This document shows positions 27,448 through 36,221 of a stretch of 64,000 nucleotides of DNA, piece by piece. Under the pieces are notes generated by a model. The model was not told the DNA's origin. It did no database searches and worked only from the letters and a program-made list of their open reading frames with translations. This stretch comes from Candidatus Bathyarchaeia archaeon (GTDB lineage Archaea; Thermoproteota; Bathyarchaeia; Bathyarchaeales; Bathycorpusculaceae). The position numbers and the translations under genes were made by a program. How positions within the stretch are numbered: the first letter of the stretch is position 1; each line of letters opens with the position of its first letter. The stretch spans positions 192,001 through 256,000 of the forward strand of contig JAVYWL010000001.1 of the NCBI GenBank assembly GCA_038727135.1, in the 5' to 3' direction.

Positions 27448-29370
27448 ATGCTAATCAGCGAGGTCATCCTTGAAAACTTCATGAGCTACGAGTATGCTAG
27501 GGTGCCCCTTAAACCTGGCGTGAATGTGGTTTGTGGTCCAAATGGTGCTGGGAAGTCCTCGCTTTTGTTGGCTATTTCCGTGGCTCTTGGGCAGTCTTAT
27601 ACTGAGCGTTCTAGGAAGCTCAGCGACCTAATCCGTTGGGGTAAGGACCAAGCCCGTGTAACGCTTATACTGGACAATTCTAAGCGGGGCGGTAAGCGTC
27701 CAGTTCCAAAGTTTAACAAGGACCAGATTTTCTTAACTCGCGTTTTGAGGCGGGATGGCAAGTACTGGTTTGAGTTGGAGAACCGTGCTGCTTCAAAGCA
27801 GGACGTGGAGAGGCTTTTAGCTAGACTGGGCGTTGACCCGGATAACATGCTTATTATTATGCATCAGAACATGGTGGAACAGTTTACTGTTCTTTCCCCC
27901 CAAGATAAGCTCCGCATGGTGGAGGCAGCTGTTGGGCTTGAGGCTTACCGCGAAAACGTTTTGGAAGCCCAGAAAAAGCTCACCCGAATATTAAGCCAAG
28001 AAGAGTCTATAAGCAAGCTTCTAGAGTCAGCGGAGCAGACCCTCAACTATTGGAGGGAGCAGTACGAAAGGTTTCAAGAGAAAAAGCAGCTGACTGCGAA
28101 AAGGCGTTTCTTAGAGCGGGAGCTCGCTTGGGCTGAGGTAAACCGCAGAGAAGACATTGTTAAAGATTTGGAGGCAAAACTTGAGAAAGAACTGGCCCTA
28201 CTGAGGCAGATTGAAGGCGAAGCCAAAACAGCCCAAGAACAACTTCAAACCCACCAAAGCCAACTTGAAAGGCTTAAGGGTGAGTGGAAGAGAAGCCTTA
28301 ACGAAACTATTGGTCTTGAGCGTGAGAAAGCTGGAAGCCAAGCCACAATTTCGCTTTGCGAACAGCTAATGACAGAAGCATCCCTCATAGAAAATGAAGC
28401 CCAAGGCGGCAGGCATCACTTGAAGCTTTTGAAAACCGAAAGCCTAAAAGAGCTTATAGAAAGCTCGCGGTTGAAGGTTTCGAAACTTGATGAAGAACTG
28501 AACAGAAAGCTTTCAGAAACACGCGTCCTTGAGGAGCAAATAGAGAAGATTGGAAGCCAGATTCTTGATACGAGGGTTAGGCTTGCGCTTCTAAATTATC
28601 GGATGGAGAATGCGAAGACGAACATTAATGATTTGGAGAAAGCCCTTAAAGACGCAAAAGCCCAGCTGGATGCAGCTGTTAAGAGAGCTGAGGAGACTGG
28701 ACCAAGAATCGCCGTCATAAAGAGTGTTGGCGAAATTTTGGATGAAATCCGCGTTACTGATGGGCATTTGGCGGCTTTGGCTGGTGTTTCTGAGGACGTG
28801 GAGCGCATGTACGAGTCTTATTCGCAGCTTTATTTGGAGCTTAAGGAGAAGGCGCGGCTGGTGGCTGAAAATCGTGAAAAAGCCTTGGAGGAGGTCAAAG
28901 CGCGGATGCAGGCTTGGCGAACAGTAATCCAAAGCCTCCTAGACCGTGTTAATCTCGAATACCAGAAGATTTTGGCGAATTCTCAAGCTGTGGGCGAGGT
29001 TAGACTTGTGAACGAGCATGACATTGAGGCGGCTGGACTTGAAATTCTCGTGGGCTTTAGGGGTGGAAAACCAGTGCCGCTTAACGCTTACACGCAGAGC
29101 GGCGGCGAAAGGACCACGGCTACTATGAGTTTCCTTTTGGCACTGCAACAACATGTGCGCTCGCCCTTCCGCGCAGTGGACGAGTACGACGTTCACATGG
29201 ACCCGAAGAACCGCGAACTAATAGCTCAAATGTTGATTTCAACCGTTAAAGATGCCAATGCGCAGTATGTGGTGATTACCCCAAGCCATGTTACCTTCGC
29301 GAAAGACAATGTGCACATTATTACTGTTCAGAATGTTGAGGGCAGATCTATAATTAAAGAGGTTGCCTAA
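27448..29370 (+). CDS. SMC-family ATPase, short, SMC5/6-like
   Basis: LENFMSY, GPNGAGKS Walker A, long coiled coil, QSGGER signature, PFRAVDEYDVHMD Walker B/D-loop. Confidence 0.9.
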   Translation: MLISEVILENFMSYEYARVPLKPGVNVVCGPNGAGKSSLLLAISVALGQSYTERSRKLSDLIRWGKDQARVTLILDNSKRGGKRPVPKFNKDQIFLTRVLRRDGKYWFELENRAASKQDVERLLARLGVDPDNMLIIMHQNMVEQFTVLSPQDKLRMVEAAVGLEAYRENVLEAQKKLTRILSQEESISKLLESAEQTLNYWREQYERFQEKKQLTAKRRFLERELAWAEVNRREDIVKDLEAKLEKELALLRQIEGEAKTAQEQLQTHQSQLERLKGEWKRSLNETIGLEREKAGSQATISLCEQLMTEASLIENEAQGGRHHLKLLKTESLKELIESSRLKVSKLDEELNRKLSETRVLEEQIEKIGSQILDTRVRLALLNYRMENAKTNINDLEKALKDAKAQLDAAVKRAEETGPRIAVIKSVGEILDEIRVTDGHLAALAGVSEDVERMYESYSQLYLELKEKARLVAENREKALEEVKARMQAWRTVIQSLLDRVNLEYQKILANSQAVGEVRLVNEHDIEAAGLEILVGFRGGKPVPLNAYTQSGGERTTATMSFLLALQQHVRSPFRAVDEYDVHMDPKNRELIAQMLISTVKDANAQYVVITPSHVTFAKDNVHIITVQNVEGRSIIKEVA

Positions 29371-30194
29371 TGCAGTCGAAGCGGGAACGCGTCAAAATCG
29401 GGCGGGAAAGGCTTCAGCGGGTTATTGAGATGTGCAAAGCTGTTGAGGAGCGCTCCCTAGACCCCTTTCTGGTGGACGTGGACGAGATAATAAGGGTTGT
29501 TAGGGAGTTTTTCCCGGAATGGGAGAAGCCCGAAGACCTATGCCTAGACGCAGAAGCAATAAACCGCCTCGCATCTGTTATTAGGCTTCAAAGCGAATGG
29601 GTTAAGCACCGTTCAACTTCACTTTACACAGACCCCTTCCTCCTAGAAGAGAAGATAAAACGCATGGAGAAAGAAGCCATCGTAGAGGCTTTTCTAGGCG
29701 CTTGGCACCCAATAGTCGAGTTTGAACAGATTTCGCTCCACAGCCTAAAAGAGGCACTGCGCTACTGGGAAAGCCTCCCGCCACTGAAAGACAGATGGAA
29801 AGAGTTTCCGCCACCAGAAAATGTTGGCGGAGCCGCCACCCGAGAGGAACTTATAAAGCTTAGGATTCTGCAGGACAAAGCCTTCACAGAAGAGTTGGAA
29901 AGTTTCTGGAATGAATTGAAAAGGCTGGTTGAGGAAAAAGGCGAGAATGGCAGAATCCAATACTGGGATTTTGTCGGCGCAGAAACTTATGAGGAGATAA
30001 TCCACAGAGCCTTCATGACAAGCTTTCTCGTAACCTATGGCTATGCAACCCTTGAGGTTCACCCGTTGGAGGAGGAAATTTTCATTAAGCCGTTTGAGAG
30101 GCAGCAGAGGCGCATAGCCAAAAAACAGCTGGTTTCAATTCCGATAGCCATAACCGTTGAGGAGTGGGAAAAATGGAGAAGAGCGCAAGAGTGA
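29370..30194 (+). CDS. Kleisin-like (ScpA/Nse4-like) SMC partner
   Basis: LDPFLVDVDEII resembles the ScpA DPWDIDI N-terminal motif; C-terminal FMTSFLVTYGYATLEVHPLEEEIFI resembles the kleisin winged helix; TAATG overlap with smc. Confidence 0.7.
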   Translation: MQSKRERVKIGRERLQRVIEMCKAVEERSLDPFLVDVDEIIRVVREFFPEWEKPEDLCLDAEAINRLASVIRLQSEWVKHRSTSLYTDPFLLEEKIKRMEKEAIVEAFLGAWHPIVEFEQISLHSLKEALRYWESLPPLKDRWKEFPPPENVGGAATREELIKLRILQDKAFTEELESFWNELKRLVEEKGENGRIQYWDFVGAETYEEIIHRAFMTSFLVTYGYATLEVHPLEEEIFIKPFERQQRRIAKKQLVSIPIAITVEEWEKWRRAQE

Positions 30195-30748
30195 GTAAGA
30201 GAAAAGCCGTCTACGCCAGCAAGGTGAAACGCGCAGTCCACATGCTCTTTTATCGCCGACACAAAAAGCCCGGGGTGAAGGGCTGGGAACTCCGAAAGGC
30301 TTTGGGTTCAGACTATCCAAAAGTCCTAAACATATTGGATGAGTACTTGAAACCTTTGGACTTGCAGGTTAAGATGGTTTTTGAGGAGGAGAAGCCAGCC
30401 TCTGAAAAGCCAACACTGGAGGAATTGGACAAGGCGAGGTTCTACATAACCCTAAGGGGTGATTTAACGCCTAAAGAGGCTAAGATGGTTGGTTGGCGAA
30501 TAGACGATTTGGCGGGGCTAGCCATAACAATAGCCTACATAATCTCAAAAAAGGGTAAAGCACCCCGCAAAGAAGTGGAAGAACTATTGCGTGAGAAGCT
30601 GCCGGGCTGGAAGGTGGGCTTAAACATAGACCGTTACATACGCTATGGATATTTAACCCAAGACGAAAACGAACAGTTATATTTGGACTGGCGCACACGA
30701 GCCGAAGTAGACCAAAAAGCCCTCATAGACCTAATCTTATCCAAGTAA
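30191..30748 (+). CDS. Kite-type tandem winged-helix protein (ScpB/Nse1/Nse3-MAGE-like)
   Basis: GTG start in a GTGA overlap with the kleisin stop; two WH-sized halves; C-terminal YLDWRTRAEV. Confidence 0.65.
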   Translation: MSKRKAVYASKVKRAVHMLFYRRHKKPGVKGWELRKALGSDYPKVLNILDEYLKPLDLQVKMVFEEEKPASEKPTLEELDKARFYITLRGDLTPKEAKMVGWRIDDLAGLAITIAYIISKKGKAPRKEVEELLREKLPGWKVGLNIDRYIRYGYLTQDENEQLYLDWRTRAEVDQKALIDLILSK

Positions 30749-30972
30749 AAGGGCTAAACCGTTTCTCACCTTTCAAATCTATCAATCTTTTTGGCTAAAC
30801 TTGGTTCTCGAATGGCTGTTATTTTTCTGCGTTTTCCAAGCTTGCCTTAACTTCCCTAACTCTATAACAATCCCATATCGATTCAGCGTTCTTTTTCTAT
30901 GTCGGCTTTCTCCTTGATTTTTGGCTTTAAGTGGAGCAGTAACGGGATTTAGTATGGGGCAAGTTTTATCTA

Positions 30973-31386
30973 ATGCGCTTAATTTTAGTATGGTCTATCT
31001 CAAGGAAGAGGTATGAGGTTGTGTGTGAAAAGGAAGAATTTTTCACATTAGCTTCTATTAAGAAGTGCCCAATTTGCGGCGGAGACCTTGAGAGGGGATA
31101 CATGGGTGCTCCCGTAGCTGTTCCTTGGTGGACTCCCAAAAAACGCAAATTTGTAAAGATGGCATGGCCGTGGGATTGGAGATATTATTTTTTCGTAGCC
31201 GTTAACATCCCAGCTTTAAGATGTAAAAAGTGCAATATAGTAATCGCCGATTTTAATCTTGAAAATATAGCACGTGCAGAAACGCCTAAAGCCTTTCTTA
31301 AAAAATGTGTCAAGTGTGGCAAGGAGATTCCCATAGCAGCGTTGGAATGCCCCTACTGCGGAGCGGAACAAAAAGAAGAAAGTTAG
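30973..31386 (+). CDS. Multi zinc-ribbon protein
   Basis: CPICGG.LERG, CKKC, CVKC...CPYC; true start uncertain. Confidence 0.65.
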   Translation: MRLILVWSISRKRYEVVCEKEEFFTLASIKKCPICGGDLERGYMGAPVAVPWWTPKKRKFVKMAWPWDWRYYFFVAVNIPALRCKKCNIVIADFNLENIARAETPKAFLKKCVKCGKEIPIAALECPYCGAEQKEES

Positions 31387-31403
31387 TTATTACTGCACAA
31401 GCT

Positions 31404-31613
31404 TTATTTTCTGATTTTTCTGTAGAGATAGGCTATGACGTCGATGACTATTATTGCCGTAAGAACTAAAAGCGGGCTGCCTAAAAACTTGCTTGGGAAT
31501 GATTCTTCTGCCGCATAAACACGGTTAACGAGGGCGTATGCCAGCAGTAATATGTTAACAATAATGATTGTAACTAGATTTTTCTTCATGTTTGTCTCGC
31601 CTCTCATTTTCAT
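31404..31613 (-). CDS. Small two-TM membrane protein (likely start 31589)
   Basis: Two hydrophobic segments and a basic tail; immediately downstream of nusA. Confidence 0.55.
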   Translation of the reverse strand: MKMRGETNMKKNLVTIIIVNILLLAYALVNRVYAAEESFPSKFLGSPLLVLTAIIVIDVIAYLYRKIRK

Positions 31614-31626
31614 GTCTTTGGGCGGT

Positions 31627-32064
31627 TTAGACTATGCTGACGTTTTGTATTTGGAAGTAGCGTTTCACCAGCATGCGGAGGCGTTCAGCATTCCTACCAT
31701 TCTTCCCTATGGCTACGCCCTTGTCTCTTGGGTGAACTGACACGACCGCTATTGTTTTGCCGTCTGGTCTCTCCGTTATCCTAACCTCTTGCACGTTGGC
31801 TGGTTTTAAGGCATTTTTAATAAATTGAACCGGGTCTTCGGAGTACTCAATTATCTCGTGTTTTTTGCCTGTCATCCGCTCCAGAAGCCTAATGTTTCTT
31901 CCGCCCTTGCCTATGGCTGCGCCTATGTCGCCTTCCTTCACAACGAAGATTACTCGGCCCTGCTCCTCGTCAACTATGCAGTCTTTGACGCTGGCACCGC
32001 TAATGCTTTCAAAGAGGGCTATATACTTCATCTCTGTGCTGGTGAATTTTATGCCGCTACTCAT
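31627..32064 (-). CDS. nusA: Archaeal NusA (KH-domain transcription factor)
   Basis: Two KH motifs AIGKGG / AIGKNG; canonical position after L30e. Confidence 0.93.
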   Translation of the reverse strand: MSSGIKFTSTEMKYIALFESISGASVKDCIVDEEQGRVIFVVKEGDIGAAIGKGGRNIRLLERMTGKKHEIIEYSEDPVQFIKNALKPANVQEVRITERPDGKTIAVVSVHPRDKGVAIGKNGRNAERLRMLVKRYFQIQNVSIV

Positions 32065-32402
32065 TCGCTTCCTCCTTCAGACTCCTCTGCTTCTTCCACG
32101 GGCTTCTCTACTAATCTAAGAATTTCTGAATCACCGGGCTCTCTTATAGTTAACGCTGAGACAAGGAAGGGTTTTCCACAAACAGCAGCTAAATCCGTCG
32201 AGGAACCCCTATAGACAATAAGCGGAATGTTTGAAAGCTTGCAGTAATATTCCAGGTCGCTGCGGATTTCAGCTGGACAATTAGAAGCCACAATAATCAT
32301 CTTCGCTTTTCCAGTTTTAGCACTTTGAATCGCCGAATTAGAGCCAAAGGAAACCTTGCCGGTCTTAACTGCCGTTGAAATAGCCTTGTCTATGTCTATC
32401 AT
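32061..32402 (-). CDS. rpl30e: 50S ribosomal protein L30e
   Basis: AVKTGKVSFG, ASNCP, CGKPFLVS, PGDSEI. Confidence 0.95.
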   Translation of the reverse strand: MIDIDKAISTAVKTGKVSFGSNSAIQSAKTGKAKMIIVASNCPAEIRSDLEYYCKLSNIPLIVYRGSSTDLAAVCGKPFLVSALTIREPGDSEILRLVEKPVEEAEESEGGSE

Positions 32403-35400
32403 TTGTTCTCCCTCTTAAGCTCATAGGTGGACATAAACAGCTCCACAAGCCCAGTGCCAACTGGTATGGACTGCCCCACAATAACGTTTTCAGTTACGCC
32501 TTCCAACGGGTCGCTTTCTCCTCTTATGGCAGCCTCAACAATGTTTGGAACGGTAATCTCGAAGGCTGCCCTTGCCAAAACACTTGCCTTTTTGCCGCTA
32601 ACACCGTGCCTGCCGATTTGCTGCACTTCTCCAGTGGCGGTCATCATGTCAGCCACAAGCATGACGTGGCGAATGTCAACATCTAAGCCCTGCTCCTCCA
32701 AAACGCTCTTAGCCTCTTGTATTAGGACATTTCTTGCTGCTTCGATGCCTAGGGTTTTAGCTATTTCATGAACGTTGTTGGTTGTCGTCCTTGTGGTGTC
32801 AACTCCGTAAACTTCCAGGACTTTGGGGAGGTTTGAGCCGTCGGTGCGTATAACCCATTCGCCCTGCTCCTCTGTCACCAGAACACGCCTTATTCCAGGA
32901 ACACCCTTAATGTAAAGTGATGAGACCTTGTCAAGCAGCCGCTTTAGGGCTTCTGGCTTTTTGGGTTTTATATGGATGCGGTTTCCAGTTATCTTCACAG
33001 TGCAGTTGGCAATCTTTACCTTCTCCTTAAGTTCTTGTATTGTTACGCCCCTGTCCTCCATCATAGCCTTATTCAACTCGACAACTATTTCTCCGCGCAC
33101 CGGGTCCTGGTATATGGCTTGAGCAATATTCTCTAATGTAGTGTAGAGAATGTTTCTAGCTATTTTGACAGCTGCTTCCCTGCTCTTGCGGTGCTTTTCG
33201 TCTAAGTAAATGACCATTATAGGCGTGGATGGAACTCTTCTGGCGTCAACAATCTCTATAAGCCGCGGCAAGCCCAAGGTCACGTTCTGCTCCCTAACAC
33301 CAGCGTAGTGGAATGTTCTAAGGGTCATTTGGGTTCCAGGCTCGCCTATAGACTGGGCTGAAACTATGCCTACGGCTTCGCCCGGCTCCATTAAGGCGCG
33401 CTTGTAGTGTTCAACTGTTAGCTCTATGGCTTTGTCAACGCCCTCCTTGCTAAGCTTCGCCTCCATTAGGCTTTGCTTTAGCTCGCTTATCAATAGTGGC
33501 GTGAGCTGGTCTTCAACGGCCTTAAGCTTCTCCTTAATGTATTCTGGAGGAGCCGGCTTGCCCTTCTCCATGCCTATTCTTATTTGCTCAACAAGGCGGC
33601 TTACGTTTACAGCCTTTCCATGGTCGCTTTTAGCCGGGTCAACGCCGTCCTCGCCATACTTGAACTGGATTATGTCGCCGGTTGAGCTTCTGACAGTCCC
33701 ATCATATTCTAGGCGTAGATGCTCCAAAGCGTTGATTAGGCGTCTCTGCATGTAACCGCTCTGCTGCGTCCGAACAGCAGTGTCCACAAGCCCTTCACGT
33801 CCACCCATAGCGTGGAAGAAGAACTCTATTGCGTCTAACCCCTTCTGGTATGAGGAGTAAACGAAGCCCCTCGCCTTAGGGGATGGGTCGCCAAACTTGA
33901 AGTGGGGCAGCGTTCTACCCAAATAGCCGCGCATTATACGTTTTCCACGAACGGCTTGTTGTCCAACACAGGCGCTCATCTGCCCAATGTTTAGGCTTGA
34001 GCCTCTGGCGCCTGTCCTCGTCATGACTATGCCAGAATTTTCAAGAGTGAAGTCCTCGTCAGCGATTTTCCCGGACTCGTCTCTGGCTTTGGCAAGCTCG
34101 TTCATGACATAGATTTCAAAGGAGTCTTCAAGAGTTTGTCCGGGAAGCCTTGGCAGCGTGCCGTCGCGGTAGCTCCTTATAAGCTCCTCAATTCTCTTCT
34201 CAACCCTCTCCATTATCCTCTTAATTTTTGCTTCTGCCTGCGGTGAAAGCACCAGCTCGTCGTAGGAGTAGGAGAACCCCCGCATTGTTATGAAAAGCTT
34301 CAGAAGCCTCGTAACTTTGTTTATAAATTCGCGTCCAGCAGCCGTCCCATAATCCTTGATTATTCTGTGGAGGAGGCTTTCAGACTGCTCGGCGCCTATG
34401 GCTTTTCTATCAATCACGCCACATACAAGCTGCCCATTCTTGACAACCACATAGGCGTCGTAGGGGCACTCTTCCTTAAGGCATTTGGCACATCCACGGC
34501 AGGTGTTCGCCTTCAAAACATAGTTCAAATCCTTCGGCAAGAATAGGCTGAAGATTTGTTTGCCGCTCCACATAGGCTGGGGCTCTTTTATTTGGGGTGG
34601 TGGAAGCGGACCCTCATAACCAGCGGCAATCAGAAGACGGCTTACCTCATCTTTTGTTAAGTAGTTTGACTTCCTTGTGAAAAGGTAAGCAGCAGTAATA
34701 AAGTCTCTAATAGCCCCAATTATTGGACCGCCAAAGCGTGGCGAAAGAATTTGGTCTTGAACCTGCATGAGGAGGCGGGCTTCTGTTTGGGCTTCCTCGC
34801 TTTGCGGTATATGAAGGTTCATCTCATCCCCATCGAAGTCCGCATTGTAGGGCGGACAGACGCACAAGTGCAGGCGAAAAGTCTTGTAGGGTAAGACCCG
34901 CACATAATGAGCCATAATGGACATTCTGTGGAGGGACGGTTGACGGTTGAAAATGGCTATGTCACCGTTTCTTAGGTGACGCTCAACAATATAGCCCGGC
35001 TCCAAAGACTCGGCAATCTTCTCCCTGTCAGTGACAAACTCAAGCCTGATCCTTTTGCCGTCCGGACGGATAATATAAAGGGCGCCCGGATACTTAAATG
35101 GACCATTTATGACAAGTTTTCGCATTTCCTCAATGTTCCAAGAGGTCACCTTTTCTGGAACTGAAAGCCTCATGGCAACCTCCAATGGGACGCCAACCTC
35201 GTTTATGTCGAGGTTTGGATCTGGAGAAATCACCGTCCGCGCCGAGAAGTCCACACGCTTCCCGGAGAGGTTGCTTCTGAATCGTCCCTCCTTACCTTTA
35301 AGCCTCTGGGAAAGTGTTTTAAGGGCTCTTCCGGATCGGTGTCTTGCCGGCGGAATGCCAGAAGCCTCATTGTTGAAGTAGGTTGTCACATGATACTGGA

Positions 35401-36220
35401 GAAGCTCTGACAAGTCTTGAATTATGAGGGTGGGGGCGCCAGCCTCCATGTTCTCCTTCAAGCGCTGGTTTATACGGATTATATCCACAAGCTTATGGGT
35501 CAAGTCATCCTCGGAGCGGATGCCAGACTCCAAAGTAATGGAGGGACGCACATAAACTGGTGGAACGGGAAGGACTTGGAGAACCATCCATTCTGGACGG
35601 GCTGTTTTTGGGTCAAAACCCAAAAGCTCCAAATCATCGTTCGGTATGCGCTCAAGCCTCTCCCTAACCATGCTGGGAGTTAAGAGTTGTGAACCACTTC
35701 CAGGGATTTCCTCACTGAACTTTGTAGGTTTTTCGAAGGTTATTTTGTATTGGGGGGCATTACAATGGGGGCAGGTTTTAGCTCTTATCTCTTGGATGAT
35801 TCGCTTAAACACTTCATCTGGAACTGTTCCCAGCAGCTGGCGGGTTCTCTCTATTCTTGCCCTCAACTTTTTAACGGCGTCTTCTGGAAGCAGAATTCGC
35901 CCGCAGTTTCGGCATGTAACCCTAAGAAGGTCATATATTATTTTTGCAAATTCGATGTGGATTATGGGTACGGCGAGTTCTATGTGTCCAAAGTGTCCCG
36001 GACAGCGTATAGCCGTGTTGCCGCATGTTTTGCATCTCTGTCTCGGCTCGAGGGTGCCGAGCCTTCCATCCATAAGCCCAGCGGTTATTGGGGCGCCATC
36101 CTCATCGTAAGTGTCCGGCGTCTGGATTTCAACCACTGAAAGTTTACGTATTTCTTGTGGTGAAAGTAAGCCGAAACGGATTTCGTCAACAACTTTATGG
36201 GCGACTTCCTCAACCGCCAT
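32399..36220 (-). CDS. rpoA1: RNA polymerase largest subunit Rpo1, A' and A'' in one polypeptide
   Basis: YNADFDGDEMN catalytic motif plus A''-type SIGEPGTQMTLRTFH and RAAFE in one 1273 aa ORF. Confidence 0.97.
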   Translation of the reverse strand: MAVEEVAHKVVDEIRFGLLSPQEIRKLSVVEIQTPDTYDEDGAPITAGLMDGRLGTLEPRQRCKTCGNTAIRCPGHFGHIELAVPIIHIEFAKIIYDLLRVTCRNCGRILLPEDAVKKLRARIERTRQLLGTVPDEVFKRIIQEIRAKTCPHCNAPQYKITFEKPTKFSEEIPGSGSQLLTPSMVRERLERIPNDDLELLGFDPKTARPEWMVLQVLPVPPVYVRPSITLESGIRSEDDLTHKLVDIIRINQRLKENMEAGAPTLIIQDLSELLQYHVTTYFNNEASGIPPARHRSGRALKTLSQRLKGKEGRFRSNLSGKRVDFSARTVISPDPNLDINEVGVPLEVAMRLSVPEKVTSWNIEEMRKLVINGPFKYPGALYIIRPDGKRIRLEFVTDREKIAESLEPGYIVERHLRNGDIAIFNRQPSLHRMSIMAHYVRVLPYKTFRLHLCVCPPYNADFDGDEMNLHIPQSEEAQTEARLLMQVQDQILSPRFGGPIIGAIRDFITAAYLFTRKSNYLTKDEVSRLLIAAGYEGPLPPPQIKEPQPMWSGKQIFSLFLPKDLNYVLKANTCRGCAKCLKEECPYDAYVVVKNGQLVCGVIDRKAIGAEQSESLLHRIIKDYGTAAGREFINKVTRLLKLFITMRGFSYSYDELVLSPQAEAKIKRIMERVEKRIEELIRSYRDGTLPRLPGQTLEDSFEIYVMNELAKARDESGKIADEDFTLENSGIVMTRTGARGSSLNIGQMSACVGQQAVRGKRIMRGYLGRTLPHFKFGDPSPKARGFVYSSYQKGLDAIEFFFHAMGGREGLVDTAVRTQQSGYMQRRLINALEHLRLEYDGTVRSSTGDIIQFKYGEDGVDPAKSDHGKAVNVSRLVEQIRIGMEKGKPAPPEYIKEKLKAVEDQLTPLLISELKQSLMEAKLSKEGVDKAIELTVEHYKRALMEPGEAVGIVSAQSIGEPGTQMTLRTFHYAGVREQNVTLGLPRLIEIVDARRVPSTPIMVIYLDEKHRKSREAAVKIARNILYTTLENIAQAIYQDPVRGEIVVELNKAMMEDRGVTIQELKEKVKIANCTVKITGNRIHIKPKKPEALKRLLDKVSSLYIKGVPGIRRVLVTEEQGEWVIRTDGSNLPKVLEVYGVDTTRTTTNNVHEIAKTLGIEAARNVLIQEAKSVLEEQGLDVDIRHVMLVADMMTATGEVQQIGRHGVSGKKASVLARAAFEITVPNIVEAAIRGESDPLEGVTENVIVGQSIPVGTGLVELFMSTYELKRENK

Positions 36221-36221
36221 T

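Noticed and set aside
27448-30748. Rad50/Mre11 or Wadjet (JetABCD) assignment
   Set aside because: No CxxC zinc hook or Mre11 nuclease; no JetD/Toprim gene; gene order and head motifs fit an SMC5/6-like system better
30760-30960. Possible eroded minus-strand gene (fragments such as EVKASLENAEK)
   Set aside because: Multiple stops and no convincing family motif
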